Shown here: positions 25,190 through 38,072 of the stretch, one piece after another
How the letters are laid out: every line of letters begins with the position of its first letter
How positions within the stretch are numbered: position 1 is the stretch's first letter
NCBI GenBank assembly: GCA_951406725.2
Contig: OX597820.1
Location: 86,366,001-86,430,000, forward strand
Direction of reading: 5' to 3'
DNA length: 64,000 nt
DNA from: Octopus vulgaris
Taxonomy: Eukaryota
Notes under the pieces: model-generated
What the model saw: only the letters and a program-made list of their open reading frames with translations
Told to the model about the DNA's origin: nothing
The model's database searches: none
Program-made: the position numbers and the translations under genes

Positions 25190-25267
25190 CGGCCGGCTAT
25201 AAGACACGAACTCACACCTCCGTGATTACACGGAGCGGTGCTCTGAGCCAAGTAAGCTAAGCCGCCC
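25190..25267 (-). ncRNA. tRNA-like Pol III unit (pseudo-tRNA or repeat head), not a canonical tRNA
   Basis: GGGCGGCT TAGCTTACTTGGCTCAGAGC ACCGC TCCGTG-TAAT-CACGGA GGT GTGAG-TTCGTGT-CTTAT AGCCGGCC: 7/8 acceptor pairs, A and B boxes, T8 about 8 nt downstream; anticodon arm irregular. Confidence 0.6.
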
Positions 25268-25447
25268 ACACGAGAAACGCTTCCACGAATTTAAGATATA
25301 TAGAAATCTCACTTTATGTGACGCTATCATACGTTAAATTCAAATTACGATTAACGTAAACAAAGAAACGAATTTCAGGCTATATCATTATTAACATTAC
25401 CCTGCGTTTGAGAATTTAAAATCACTTCTTTAACTTTATATATAGAT

Positions 25448-25668
25448 TATTTACATTATATACATTTGGCGGGTATTTGTCCTTATCTTAGTTAGTTAGT
25501 TAATTTTGGCTCTTGTTTGTTGATAACACAACGTTCCGGTTGATATATCCTCCAGCCTTCATCGGGTGTCTTGGGGAAATTTCGAACCTGGGTTCTCATT
25601 CCTAAGGTATTTTTCCTAAAGTATTATTCAGGTCCCTGCCTGGAATCGAACTCGGAGTCTTGGGGTTG
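25448..25668 (-). mobile_element. tRNA-B-box plus hammerhead repeat (family H1), degenerate copy
   Basis: Minus: CCGAGTTCGATTCCAGG (B-box/T-arm)...ATACCTTAGGAATGAGAACCCAGGTTCGAAATTTCCCCAAGACAC-CCGATGA-AGGCTG...CAACC-GGAAC-GTT-GTGTT; homologous to 34112-34235. Confidence 0.8.
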
Positions 25669-26127
25669 CAGGTGTATCTCGTCGAGTGATAAATAAATAC
25701 AACTCGTTAAAATGACTGTTCCAAATGTAACTTTCCGTTTGGTAGGAAAAAAAAAAGCAGCCAGACGGAGTAAACTTAAGTCATCCATACCTAAAAGTAA
25801 ATTGAATTAATAAAATTTCTGAACGACTCTCGGAGATGCCTACAGACACATGCACACCCTCAGTCACTAATAGTTACAATTGAATTTTTCTTTCAGATTT
25901 TAAATTTCGTCTAGCGACCATCCTTATTTTATGAGTGTGTGTGAGTGTGTGTGTGTGTCTGTATGTGTATATATGTGTATATATGTGTGTGTGTGTATGT
26001 GTCTGTACGTGTGTGTATAAAATATGGAGAAAAGAGGTGGTATGTGTTCATATCCATAGGATGACGATCAACTAGTTAAATAAGTAAATATGGTCATCTC
26101 ATGCCGCTTCTCTTTCTTTATATTTTA

Positions 26128-26511
26128 CTAGCAGTATCGCTCTGCGTTGCTCGGGAAATAACTATATAAGCATTTTTAGAGAGTTATAGCCAAAATATAG
26201 CCAAAAAATGCATTAAAAATGGAAAAAAAATGATGGTAAATTTTTTTTAAATCGTTGACTCATCGTAGGCATTTTTAGAGAGTTACTTCCCTTATATAAT
26301 AGCGAAAAAATGCATTAAAATGGAAAAAAATGATGGTAATTTTTTTTAATCGTAGACTCATCGTAGACACGCGCTAATACCCAGAAGGGCTCGAAATGAA
26401 TCACGACTATAAGATACCCGGTTTTGGTTACACTGCACCGCAAAATGTGGGAGTAGTTAGGAATCTAAATCGTAGGAGACAGACACACAACTTCACTTTT
26501 ATATATAAAGA
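26128..26511 (-). mobile_element. Non-autonomous Helitron with internal ~100-bp tandem duplication
   Basis: Minus 5' TCTTTATATATAAAAGTGAAGTTGTGTGTCTGTC; 3' CCCGAGCAACGCAGAGCGATACTGCTAG|T (decayed GC-rich hairpin plus CTAG); no TSD; GCATTTTTAGAGAG...GACTCATCGTAG repeated twice. Confidence 0.78.
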
Positions 26512-26681
26512 AATACTTATCATGAGATAATGATTAATTATTGGATTTACTGGATTTCAACTGCATTGGTCTATACACCCCACTGTTTAGGTTTACAATT
26601 CTTTTTTCAGCTTGACCCGCTGAAGGAGCTTTATTGCGGGTACCGCTGGAGTAGTTAAATCTTTATATTGTGCATTAAATT

Positions 26682-26744
<63 letters not shown>

Positions 26745-26857
26745 CAAATATATATATATACCTGTGTGTGTGTGTGTGTACGTATGTATGTACGGATGTA
26801 TGTATGTATGTATGTATGTATGTATGTATGTATGTATGTATGCATGTATGTATGTAA

Positions 26858-26894
<37 letters not shown>

Positions 26895-27019
26895 TGCACA
26901 CGTACATAAAGCAAGAAAATATATTCGACAATGAAAATAAAATTACCAAAAGTGCGAAGTGAAGAGAGTAGATCTAACTATCACAGGAAAATTTTAATAA
27001 TAATAATAACAACAACAAC

Positions 27020-27074
<55 letters not shown>

Positions 27075-27582
27075 TTTCAAATGAGACTTTGGTCGATAAA
27101 CCTGTCAGAAAATATATATATATAACAAAGATAAAACTGATGAACATTCCACCAAATATACAAACAGAGTCATTATATATTGATAAGCAGCTATAGAATT
27201 TGAAGATATTAGGAAAAAAGCTGTCAATGCAAACGGTGTCAAATTCAATATTGTCAAAGAGTTTCCAGGTATTAATCGAGCCATCTGTAAAAGAGCGTAG
27301 GCCACGGGGTTGTGAATGTGATTTAGAGAGAGAGAGAGAGAGAAGGTTCTCTCTGATGAGTGCCGGATTATTTATTGATGATTGTAGCAGTTTTTCATTG
27401 GTTGATTTAATATTTTCGAAATACACGATTGATTCAAAATGCACACATACGCAAACAACATACACACATCAACGATCACACATATAGGCAAATGTTAATA
27501 GAAACCCACACAAATACAGTTACAGGGAAATACATACAAATCAAGCAATCAAAGAAATACACACATTATTTCATATCTGTAC

Positions 27583-27645
<63 letters not shown>

Positions 27646-27678
27646 GATATACACGCATATATACATACATATACACCC

Positions 27679-27711
<33 letters not shown>

Positions 27712-27931
27712 CATACACATACGCACATATATATATACATACATACATACACACATAGACATACATCTGTACATATAATAGATAAAATGATATATGGATA
27801 CAACGCCCATCAAATGCCACACACGCGCTAGCGAGCCGCACACACTTGTTTATAACTGTGTGTATGTGTAAATATATAAGAATATGTATTTGGTGCAACA
27901 ATCAGGAGAAATGCTTTTCAATAAATAAATA

Positions 27932-28076
<145 letters not shown>

Positions 28077-28247
28077 TTTAATATTTTTAATCGGCAAAAC
28101 CTTACAAAAGTCAAGTTGCAAGAGTTTTTTGTACATGCCAATAGTTTTGAATAGTATTGATTACTTGCTGTTTATTAAAAATCATGTGTGTGGAAATGTG
28201 TAGCCATTACATTTATATATGGAGAGAGAGGAACTGAGAGACATATA

Positions 28248-28299
<52 letters not shown>

Positions 28300-28307
28300 T
28301 GTTTATG

Positions 28308-28342
<35 letters not shown>

Positions 28343-28479
28343 GCTTACGCATAAATGCATGCACACATACATACTTAAGTACGTACATACACATGCACAA
28401 ATACATAGTTCTACTAAAGGTAATGCGAAAGTTAGCAAAACTATTTATTAGAACGTTGAAATTGATATATATGGATAGA

Positions 28480-29135
28480 GTAAGTATTCCTCGTCTGTAT
28501 GATACTTCTCTCTCACCTGCGGTGCATTAGCATCAACGCTTAACAAAACTATCGTGTCCTCTTTAAAAATTCCAGTTAAGCTTTGTTCTGTCCACTCCTC
28601 ACACCCACCTGCTAACGTTCATTCCAGATGGAAGGAGACGGTTGTAATAGCAGTTTGAACACATCTCACGTAACACAGCTTGTAACAACTGAATAACTTG
28701 CACAATGCAGTCGGGAGTTGAAGACAACTTGCAAGCTCATTATGCAAAAATGTATGATGACCCCCTTTTTTGGTAGCAAGATCAACAAAGGCTACTTTGT
28801 GGAGGTATCGGGTTCAGAAAGTAATTTCGTTGCAAAAGACCAGCGCACATGCATCAGGACAATACCCCAGTCCACAATTCCTTCCTGATAACCAACTACT
28901 CGACAGTGATGGGCACTAAAACAGTCTCTCATCCTCCCTACAGGTCTAGATCTTGTTCCATGTAACTTTTGGTTGTTCCTGTAGATGAGGAAAACGATGC
29001 AGGTCTCTGTCATAAGGGTTCTGTCAGATAGTGAGTGGAGCACTACAAATGCATTGAAGTCAGAAGGTGCTACTTCTGTGAAATTAATCTCCCCTGAAAA
29101 AAAATCTCAAATATCCTGTAATCCAAAGTTGTTTA
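28480..29135 (+). mobile_element. Internally deleted mariner relic (different family from 16551-17588)
   Basis: INKGYFVEV and HQDNTPVHNSFLITNYSTVMGTKTVSHPPY(+frameshift)DLVPCNFWLF match HxDNAPxH ... HPPYSPDLAPCDFWLFP; boundaries approximate. Confidence 0.8.
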
Positions 29136-29144
29136 TATATATCC

Positions 29145-29175
<31 letters not shown>

Positions 29176-29349
29176 CATACATACATACATACATACATAC
29201 ATACATACTTACATACATACATGCATGCATATATACAGCACACATAATTTCCACATCAACGGTGACGTAGACCGCCTTTAACTAAGGCTTAATATCGATC
29301 GTGACTGCTTTTGAATGTCGTATCATATCCCTTCAGCAACATCTATTGA

Positions 29350-29930
29350 CCAACGTCCCAGTAAAAAACTCAATAAAATGTTAACACACTAGATCTGACA
29401 ATGATTTTGGACAGAGAGGGCGAAACTGTGTACGGTTGTAGAAATTAGCTACCCAGCAGATGTTAACATAAAGATGAAGATCAGTGAAAAGAGAATACCT
29501 ACCGCTGAACTATTGAGAAATCTCCAGTTACTCTATCCAGAATACAACTTCAGGTTTCTACCTATAATTATTGGGGCATTGGGATATATAACACACTGCC
29601 TGAATACTGATCTTAAGAAATTAGTCTTCTCAAAACCAGAAAGGTTGATTAGAAGACTACATATCCAAGCAATCACTGGAACTGTAAGAATCTGTAAAAC
29701 TTTCCAGTTTATCATTTAAGTATATATGAGCATGTCTAGATATGAAGTATATGCATGAGAATACACACATAAAACAAAACATACAAACCTGCACGTATAC
29801 ATAAATACAAAAATACCCTTTTGATGTTGAAATTGCAATGAAGGAGCTTTGAATCTAGGTTAGAAACCGGTTCTTTCTTTGTTGGCAATCAATCTTGAAA
29901 TAAATCAGAATAATGACATAAATACATAAA
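29350..29930 (+). mobile_element. 5'-truncated non-LTR retrotransposon with restriction-like endonuclease C-terminus plus 3' UTR
   Basis: NVPVKNSIKC*HTRSD...LCTVVEISYPADVNIKMKISEK...AELLRNLQLLYPEYNFRFLPIIIGALGYITHCL...IQAITGTVRICKTF: decayed RPD...E...K pattern and PIIIGALG typical of RLE clades; lies next to (CATA)n. Confidence 0.85.
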
Positions 29931-30020
29931 TGACAGAAAATGAAGTGAACAATATTCTTTGATTATCGGAAATATATTTAACTCTGTGTATGTGTGTGTG
30001 AGTGTATGTCTGTGTGCGTG

Positions 30021-30082
<62 letters not shown>

Positions 30083-30873
30083 CGCTTGTGTGTGTTGTAT
30101 TTATGTATACAAGTTTGCGCAAACATGGCACCAGATCAGAGTTAGACTGAGGTTATGATGCGTATGTGCCAGTTGCCTGCATGACACCCTCCTAGACATA
30201 ATGTGTAATTATATCAGGGTCCCTAATGAAGGACGTAAATTTCCTTAATTAGGGAATTTTAAAACTGCTTTCTTAACAAGGTTGTCTAGGATTCTATGTA
30301 AATAACCATCCTTGAATCTGTATTAGAACATCTCCAAACAACAACGCCAGAATAGCTTTGAAATTTACGCAATGGCATGGTATGAACACACGCATACACA
30401 TATACACACTCACAAGAGCACATATTCACACAAACACATACATATTATACCCGCAAACAAATACAATAACGCATGCAATTGTGAACGTAAGCGCATTCAG
30501 TATATCATTGGCAATGATGCGATTCCTTCATGACAAAAAAATATGCACAGCAATGTTAGGTGCTAAACTGTTTAATATTTCTATTGCAGGATCAGCCATT
30601 TTAAAGGCGCTTACTAAACAATTAAGTCAGTAAAATAACAGATACTGATTTTTGAAAAATGTTGCAAAAACAGACAAAACTATATTTAAAAAGGAAAAAA
30701 AAAACTATGCTGAAAATTTTTAATAATGTTTAGTTTATTTTAACCTATTTTTCTATTTTTCTTTTCAGATTCAGAGTCTCTGATGTTGAAAACATTATAA
30801 AATGTGAAAACTGTTTTTATAACAAAGGCATAAAAAACATTAGAGGAAAGGGTGCATGATCCGATAGTCAGTC

Positions 30874-30988
<115 letters not shown>

Positions 30989-30999
30989 TATATGTATAC

Positions 31000-31037
<38 letters not shown>

Positions 31038-31111
31038 ACATATGTATATATATATACACACACGCACAGTCATACACTCACGCTCATATATTTATATACT
31101 AGCATACATAT

Positions 31112-31176
<65 letters not shown>

Positions 31177-31962
31177 AATATATATACTGTACATATATGT
31201 ATATACTGCACACACATGTATAGGTATGTGTATATATGTGAAAGGTATAAAGGGAAAGAGCAACAAACCACAACAGTGGTGGACTAAAGAAGAAATAAAT
31301 AAAATACTAAACAAAAGAAGATAACAGCGACATCAAAACAGTAGAAAAGCTGTTAATGGGTTTATGGTGAAACTGAAAGTGTTAGATGCTTTTTATATGT
31401 GCTTTGGACAGAGTCATAACAGCAGTGATTGACAGCGAATATTGCTTTCAGTAATAGTTGCTGCTGCAGGTATTCTTTGTGGTGCTGGTAGAGATGATAG
31501 AGGAAGTGAAGATACTAGAAGTGCTTGCTACTTTAGGTTCTCTTCTTCTCGCATTGCACATCTAAACAGAGTTCACACTATCAGTTCGCCACATCCATCC
31601 ATGAGCACATACACATTCTCTATATGCCTGTCTGTCTATCTCCGTCTTTGTCTCTCATTTTCTCTCTCTGTCTCTCTGTCTCTGCTTCTCATAGACACAC
31701 AGATACACATACATACGCATACACCCACAGGCACACAAACAAATGCGTACCAATCTCCTTCTTCCTCCATTTCTCTAGAATCTGTGTGAAAACGAAACAC
31801 AACTCAATACATGCGTTAACTAAAGCATACGTATATTTATCGTACATATTTATGCATATATATGTGTGCAAATGTATATATGTAAACATATACATACATA
31901 TTTATATGTATCTATATATGCACCATATATATATATATACATACATACACATATACATACAT

Positions 31963-32017
<55 letters not shown>

Positions 32018-32102
32018 AATGTGTGTTTATGTGTATGTGTGGGTATGAATATATAAATATATGTAGACATATACATATATATATGTATATACATACATAT
32101 TC

Positions 32103-32134
<32 letters not shown>

Positions 32135-33667
32135 ATACATACATATACATACATACATATATATATATTTATATATATATATATATATGAGTAAAGAATA
32201 TGAATATGTTTGTGTATATATAGAGACGTGTAATATAATCGACTTTTACGAGCGGTTTTTTAGTGATTTCAGTACTTCATTTTCGGTTTCGTTCGACATG
32301 TATTTAGTAGCTCTTTCATATATTTGCATTGCAGAAGTATAACCAGGCATCGAGAGATGGTGATGTTACGGTTACGAGTCCAAGAGTGTCTACACTTCCT
32401 GTGAAAATTAGCGCTATTCTAAACTTTCCGAGAAATATATTCATGCATACGACAAAAACCTCGACGGCCGTGTATGTATTTTTAAAATCTCGTGAAATAC
32501 TCTTTGGTCAGACTGTCTTTGTTCACAGAATCTTTATGTGATATAGTCTCGATAAGGCTCTTGTATTTATAGTTAGAATTGCACGTGAGATATATGGAAC
32601 ATGGATGTAAAAGCTTTTAAGTGAGGAAACTATTGTGCCGCATTTAACTATCAATATAAACATGCCTTTCAGCGAAATTCCATTTCTATATCAGCCGAAA
32701 ATGCTATTAGGTCCAACTGTTTCTCTGTATTATAGATATCTCCCGTGTAGGTCATTAGATCGAGAACAAAGAAATTGAGTTGCATTGGTGTTTCTTGGTG
32801 TTGTAGATACTAGCATATACGCATCGGTTAGTATACAGACATCGATACACGTATACATGTACACAGACGCATGTGTGTGTATGTATTCAAAAATGCTTAC
32901 ATACAAACTCACACATGTAATACATACGTACATACACACACATACATGCATACGTACATGCATATACATATGTGTATGTGTGTGTGTGTATACATATGTA
33001 TTTGTATATATATATATATATATGTGTGTCTGTGTGTGTGTATGTATGTATGTATGTATGTATGTATGTATGTATGTATGTATGTATGTATGTATTCAAT
33101 CAACCATTGAATCAAAATCCATTTTCTAAGAAAGATGTAGCTGCACAGCAGTAAATGTAACTTCGTTCCTCTATCATTCCAGATCATGAATGTGCAGGTT
33201 CAAACCTACCCGATGCGAAATTTGGATTCTGGTGCGTTTGTATGCTGATTTTCAGTGGGCAAATAACCAGTTGACATCTATTTCTTCACCCAGTAAACTG
33301 ATTCCATGATACCAAGTAATACATACAACCTGATCTAACCAATATCGTATATCCTAACCATCTTCATTGTTTTTATCTACTTTAAATTTTTTTCTGTATG
33401 AGCTTGTGTCAGAATAAACTTATTCTCTAACTGATTTAACGTGGAGGTCGACAGTTCATAGTTTAACTCATTTTAACTCATTTAAGATTCTAAAAGAGTA
33501 TATTGTACATTACAAAGAAAACAGCATAATCGAAAAATACTCCAGCAGCACAGGAAGCATTCCATTGAGGGTAAAAGAGACTTTCAGCCGAGAACAATTG
33601 TTGAAATTCTTCAGATCCACAGTTCTATATTTAAGAGATGAGGAATTATGTACATTATTTACATTCG

Positions 33668-34017
33668 CCTGTGAAGGCGCATGGCTCAGTGGTTAGAGCG
33701 TCGAGCTTACGATCGTGAGGTTGTGAGCTCGAATCCCGGACCGGGCTGCGTGTTGTGTTCTTGAGCAAGACACTTTATTTCACGTTGCTCCAGTTCACTC
33801 AGCTGTAGAAATGAGTTGCGACATCACGAGTGCCAAGCTGTATCGGCCTTTGCCTTTCCTTTGGATAACACTGGTGGCGTGGAGAAGGGAGGCCGGTATG
33901 CATGGGCGACTGCTGGTCTTCCATAAACAACCATGCCCAGACTTGTGACTAGGAGGGTAACTTTCTAGGTGCAATCCCATGGTCAGTATCGTGACCGAAG
34001 GGGGTCCCGGATCCCGG
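33668..34017 (+). mobile_element. Full-length tRNA-derived CORE-type SINE, family C, with 11-bp TSD
   Basis: A box TGGCTCAGTGG, B box GAGCTCGAATCCC, CORE-like TGTGTTCTTGAGCAAGACACTTTA...CAGCTGTAGAAATGAG; TSD ATTTACATTCG at 33657-33667 and 34018-34028. Confidence 0.9.
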
Positions 34018-34153
34018 ATTTACATTCGACGGATATTCATCTTCATCTTGTTTGTTGGTAATACAACGTTTCGGCTGATATACCCTCCAGTCTTCTTCAT
34101 GTGTCTTGGGGAAATACCTTAGGAATGAGAACCCAGGTTCGAAATTTCCCTAA

Positions 34154-34199
34154 GACACCTGAAGAAGGCTGGAGGGTATATCAGCCGAAACGTTGTGTT
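34154..34199 (+). ncRNA. Minimal type-I hammerhead ribozyme motif
   Basis: Stem I GACAC/GTGTT, core CTGAAGA+A, stem II GGCTG/CAGCC with 10-nt loop, GAAAC-GTT (palindromic ACGT replaces helix III; GUU cleavage triplet). Confidence 0.75.
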
Positions 34200-35269
34200 A
34201 ACAACAAGCAAGATGAGTATTGTAGGACGTCTGAATTTTCGGGGAGATGAAGTATAGGCTCGTGAAGTGTATTTGCTACTTAAATATGGAAAATTCTGTG
34301 CCCTATCTGTGATAGGGCACAGAAAGTGTGTCAATAGCAAGCTGGAGGTGGTGTCCTCCTGGGACTACAAGCTACAGTAGCATCAACCTTTAAGGGGTAG
34401 CCACATTTAAGTAGCAGATATACTTCACGATGTCGTGCAGCTACTATTTATACCTCGCTCAGAGATTTATTATTGAGATTTATTACCGAGAAAGTGGAAT
34501 GCCGCTAGTCTTTGAATCACGTGTGATGCAATGTTATGTATGTGAGGCTATCAGGAGAGATCATCAGTGATCGTAAAACCTAGGTTTTTAGTGACTTTGA
34601 AAATTTTAATTTAAATGTTGTTCATCATTTGAAAGAGCTACATGAAAGATTGTTTGCTAGATATGTACAGTCATTAAATTTCTGTGACTTTGAAGTAACG
34701 AAGTTATCATGTCTCAGTTGAAGTATGGAGTATGTTTAAGAGATCTGAAGCATTGAAGTATGAGTTTTTTTTTTATGGGAAGAGATTTGCGCATTGTTAT
34801 TGTTAGAGGTGACTGTATGCAGGTTTTCAATTGTCTGCATGAACGATGGAAAGAGCCATTAGTGAACCGTAAAGAATACCAGAATTCATGTAGGTGAGAA
34901 GAGATATCCGTCCGTCCGCGAAAACTACGGTAATACGAACTCTCAGGATGCTCCCGAACCAAGAAGGAATAATATCAATGCGCCCATAGCTCAACCACAA
35001 GATTTTCGTCACAGATGCAATCACATTCCTTCCTGATTGATATCAAGTGCAACAACATAGCATTAGGTGATGATACTACTGACATCGCCGGGTACCTTGA
35101 AAGCAAAAGCAATCATCTGCTTCCTCTAATCAGTTAAAAGCAAGTTGCATAATGAAACCTTTCTCCAAATCATGTCTTTTGTATACTTTAGACGTTATGG
35201 CTACCATTTACTTCATCGTTACTGCCATTGTTATTGTTACTGATATTGCGTTGTTGTTGTTGGGTAATG

Positions 35270-35475
35270 AACGTGGTGGTGGTGGTGATGGTGGTGGTGA
35301 TGATGGTGGTGGTTGTGGTGGTGGTGGTGGTGGTGGTGGTGGTGGTGGTGGTGGTGGTGGTGGTGGTGGTCTTGGTGGTGGTGGTGGTCTTGGTGGTGGG
35401 AGGCGGTGACGGCGGCAGCGGCGGCGGTGGTGGCGTTGGCGGCGGTGGTGGCGGTGGCGGCGGTGGTGGCGGTGA
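35270..35475. repeat. (GGT)n/(GGC)n tract; similar tract at 52570-52790
   Basis: Direct reading; source of the poly-G/V/T/P ORFs. Confidence 0.93.
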
Positions 35476-36012
35476 TCTGCTAGTGGGGATGGGTTGACGG
35501 TAGTATAGAGGCTGGTGATGATGGTAGTGGTGGTGGTGGTGGAATTGGTGTTGTTTGTTATGGTGCTGGCAGTGATTTTTTTCTGTTGGTAGTATGGTCA
35601 TGATGGTGGTGGTTGTTCTGTTGGTTACGTGGTCATGAAAATGATGATGTTTGGGAGGTAATAAAGGTGTTGGTAGCAGTGTAGATGGTGGTGATCTTGA
35701 TGGTAAGAGGTAAGAGTGACGGTAGCTGTGTTATGTTAGAAGAAATGGTTGTAGTTAGAAATGTTTGGTTCTATTGATAGTGAGATCACGTTGGTGGTGT
35801 TGTGATGGTGATGGCGGAAGTTGTGTTGAGTGTGGTGGTGGTGGTGGTGGTATTTGTATGGTAGTGGCTGGTGGTTGTGATGGCGGTAGATCATGGTGGG
35901 AGTAGAGATGATTATGGTAGCAGAGATGAGGGTGGAGTGGTGGTAGAGGGCGGCGATAGTGTTGGTAATAGTACTGATGGTGACGGTGGCGTTAAAATTT
36001 TTAATATTGTTA

Positions 36013-36062
<50 letters not shown>

Positions 36063-36431
36063 TAATAATATTTATCATTGTTCCTTTTGTTTCCTGTTGC
36101 TTTTGTTGATGATGCTCGTTGTTGTGGTTGTTAATGATGTTTATGCAATTGTTTAGGATGATATATGTCCTCCTTAGCGAAACATAAACATGAACATTGA
36201 CGAGAACAACAATAACAAAACAACAATAACCTCTACCGCCACCATCCTAACAACAACAATAACAGCAACAACAAAGTCAACAATAACAGGGTTATTTTAT
36301 TACCGTTTCTGACAAAGTCAAGCAACGTAGTTTAAGACAATCAATATTTCTTTCTAAAATGTTGTCAGTTTATTTTGGTGTTTGTCGATAAATAAGCCAG
36401 CTTGGAGCTCTAAACAAAACTAACTTCGCTC

Positions 36432-36435
<4 letters not shown>

Positions 36436-36491
<56 letters not shown>
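36436..36491. repeat. (CT)n microsatellite
   Basis: Direct reading. Confidence 0.95.
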
Positions 36492-36495
<4 letters not shown>

Positions 36496-37489
36496 TTGCC
36501 CCTTTATTCTCCACCCCATCTTTAAACAAAGCATGTAATATTGCTCAGTTGCTTTATGAGAATTGCGAACATTTTAAACACAAATTGAGCTCTATTTCAA
36601 GAATCGCAGGTAGTACAGTCGAGGAAGCGCTGTGTGATTAGGCACAATTTTGTTGGCTTGTCTTCTGACACCAGCTCTATTCCCTGTTTACAGACATCAT
36701 ACTCCAACTCTAGACCAATATACTTGGGGCCAAGTGTTGCAATGCTAAATAAAACCTCTCTTTTCCTACCACGACTACTATAATGATCTCTGAACACTTA
36801 CCTTTCCACCTCTCGCCACTTTTATCATGTCAACCAGTACGCCACCACCACTACTAGTTACTGTAACTGTTCCTTCCTCCTCTGGCTATTTCTCCACTGG
36901 AATTCTCACGTTGGTCGTACGCCCTTGCAGTATTTAAGCTGTTCAAGAACATTAAACATGCTGATATCACCAAACTTTTAGAGCCATGACCCCGCAACCG
37001 AGATCAAATCATAAAATAAACGACAAAAACGGCTAATTTTATCGTCAGCTTAGGTGTGAAGAGGTGTTTATAATAGGGACTCTTCACAGATGTAAACAGT
37101 AACATGAGTTCAAGATTTCACGTGGGCATAGAATGTAATGAACTTGGCACAGTTCACTTACTTTTCCGTTTCATAATGAAATATGTAATATACGAATGGG
37201 AACAGCATAAATATTTTTTTAAAATCCGCTTTGTACTCGTTATCTGAAACGACAGGTAGCCGAGTAATAGCAGCTAAGTCGTTAGTTTGTATCTTTTTCG
37301 TAGAACTATACCATGTTGTGGTAACTGAAACATTTAACTATCGAATGACTGAGATCATTTGGAGATTTGATCAATACAGTCTCACTGCCGGTTGTTTGTT
37401 GTATTTCAAGTGAATTGTTTATGTACATTGCATTTGCAGAGGTGTGTTTAACAATATTTAGTATTTAAAGTTTTTCATTATTAGCTGGC

Positions 37490-38072
37490 TAAGGCGACGA
37501 GCTGGCAGAATCGTTAGCACACCGGCCTGAATGCTTAGCGGTATTTCGTCTGCCGCTACGTTCTGAGATCAAATTCTGCCGAGGTCGACTTTGCTTTTCA
37601 TCCTTTCGGGGTCGATAAATTAAGCACCAGTTACGCACTGGGGTCGATGTAACCGACTTAATCCGTTTGTCTGTCCTTGTTTGTCCCCTCTGTGTTTAGC
37701 CCCTTGTGGGTAGTAAAGAAATAGGTATTTCGTCTGCCGTTACGTTCTGAGTTCAAATTCCGCCGTGGTCGACTTTGCCTTTCATCCTTTCGGAGTCGAT
37801 TAAATAAGTACCAGTTACGCGCTGGGGTCGATATAATCGACTTAATCCGTTTGTCTGTCCTTGTTTGTCCCCTCTATGTTTAACCACTTGTGGGCAACAA
37901 AGAAATAAGAATCGTTAGTACACGGGCCGGAATGCTTAGCGGTATTTCGGCTGCCGTTACGTTCTGAGATCAAATTCCGCCGAGGTCGAATTTGCCTTTC
38001 ATCCGTTCAGGGTCAATTAAATAAGTACCAGTTACGCACTGGGGTCGATGTAATCGACTTAATCGCTTTGTC
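37490..38072 (+). mobile_element. Head-to-tail trimer of family A SINE, tail type 2
   Basis: Units start near 37490, 37724 and 37908; first two end in CCCCTCT.TGTTTA.CC.CTTGTGGG.A..AAAGAAATA. Confidence 0.88.

Larger units (their letters stand above)
33620..34235. mobile_element. Family H1 hammerhead-bearing repeat as an inverted pair (minus copy 33620-34115, interrupted by a SINE; plus copy 34112-34235)
   Basis: 34036-34115 is the reverse complement of 34141-34225. Inverted terminal copies are typical of Penelope pseudo-LTR insertions. Confidence 0.8.

Noticed and set aside
33671-33750. Functional tRNA gene
   Set aside because: It is the head of a SINE that continues into CORE and tail and is bounded by a TSD.
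34700-35030. Possible Penelope linker remnant (LPIKKKLILQCFRSL) or exon on minus strand
   Set aside because: Similarity is too short and splice sites are unconvincing.
35270-35475. G-quadruplex regulatory element
   Set aside because: Only two-G runs from a common trinucleotide microsatellite; no positional evidence for function.
36796-36945. Strong minus-strand donor AAG|GTAAGT at ~36801
   Set aside because: Every frame from the plausible upstream acceptors contains a stop; an isolated donor is expected by chance.
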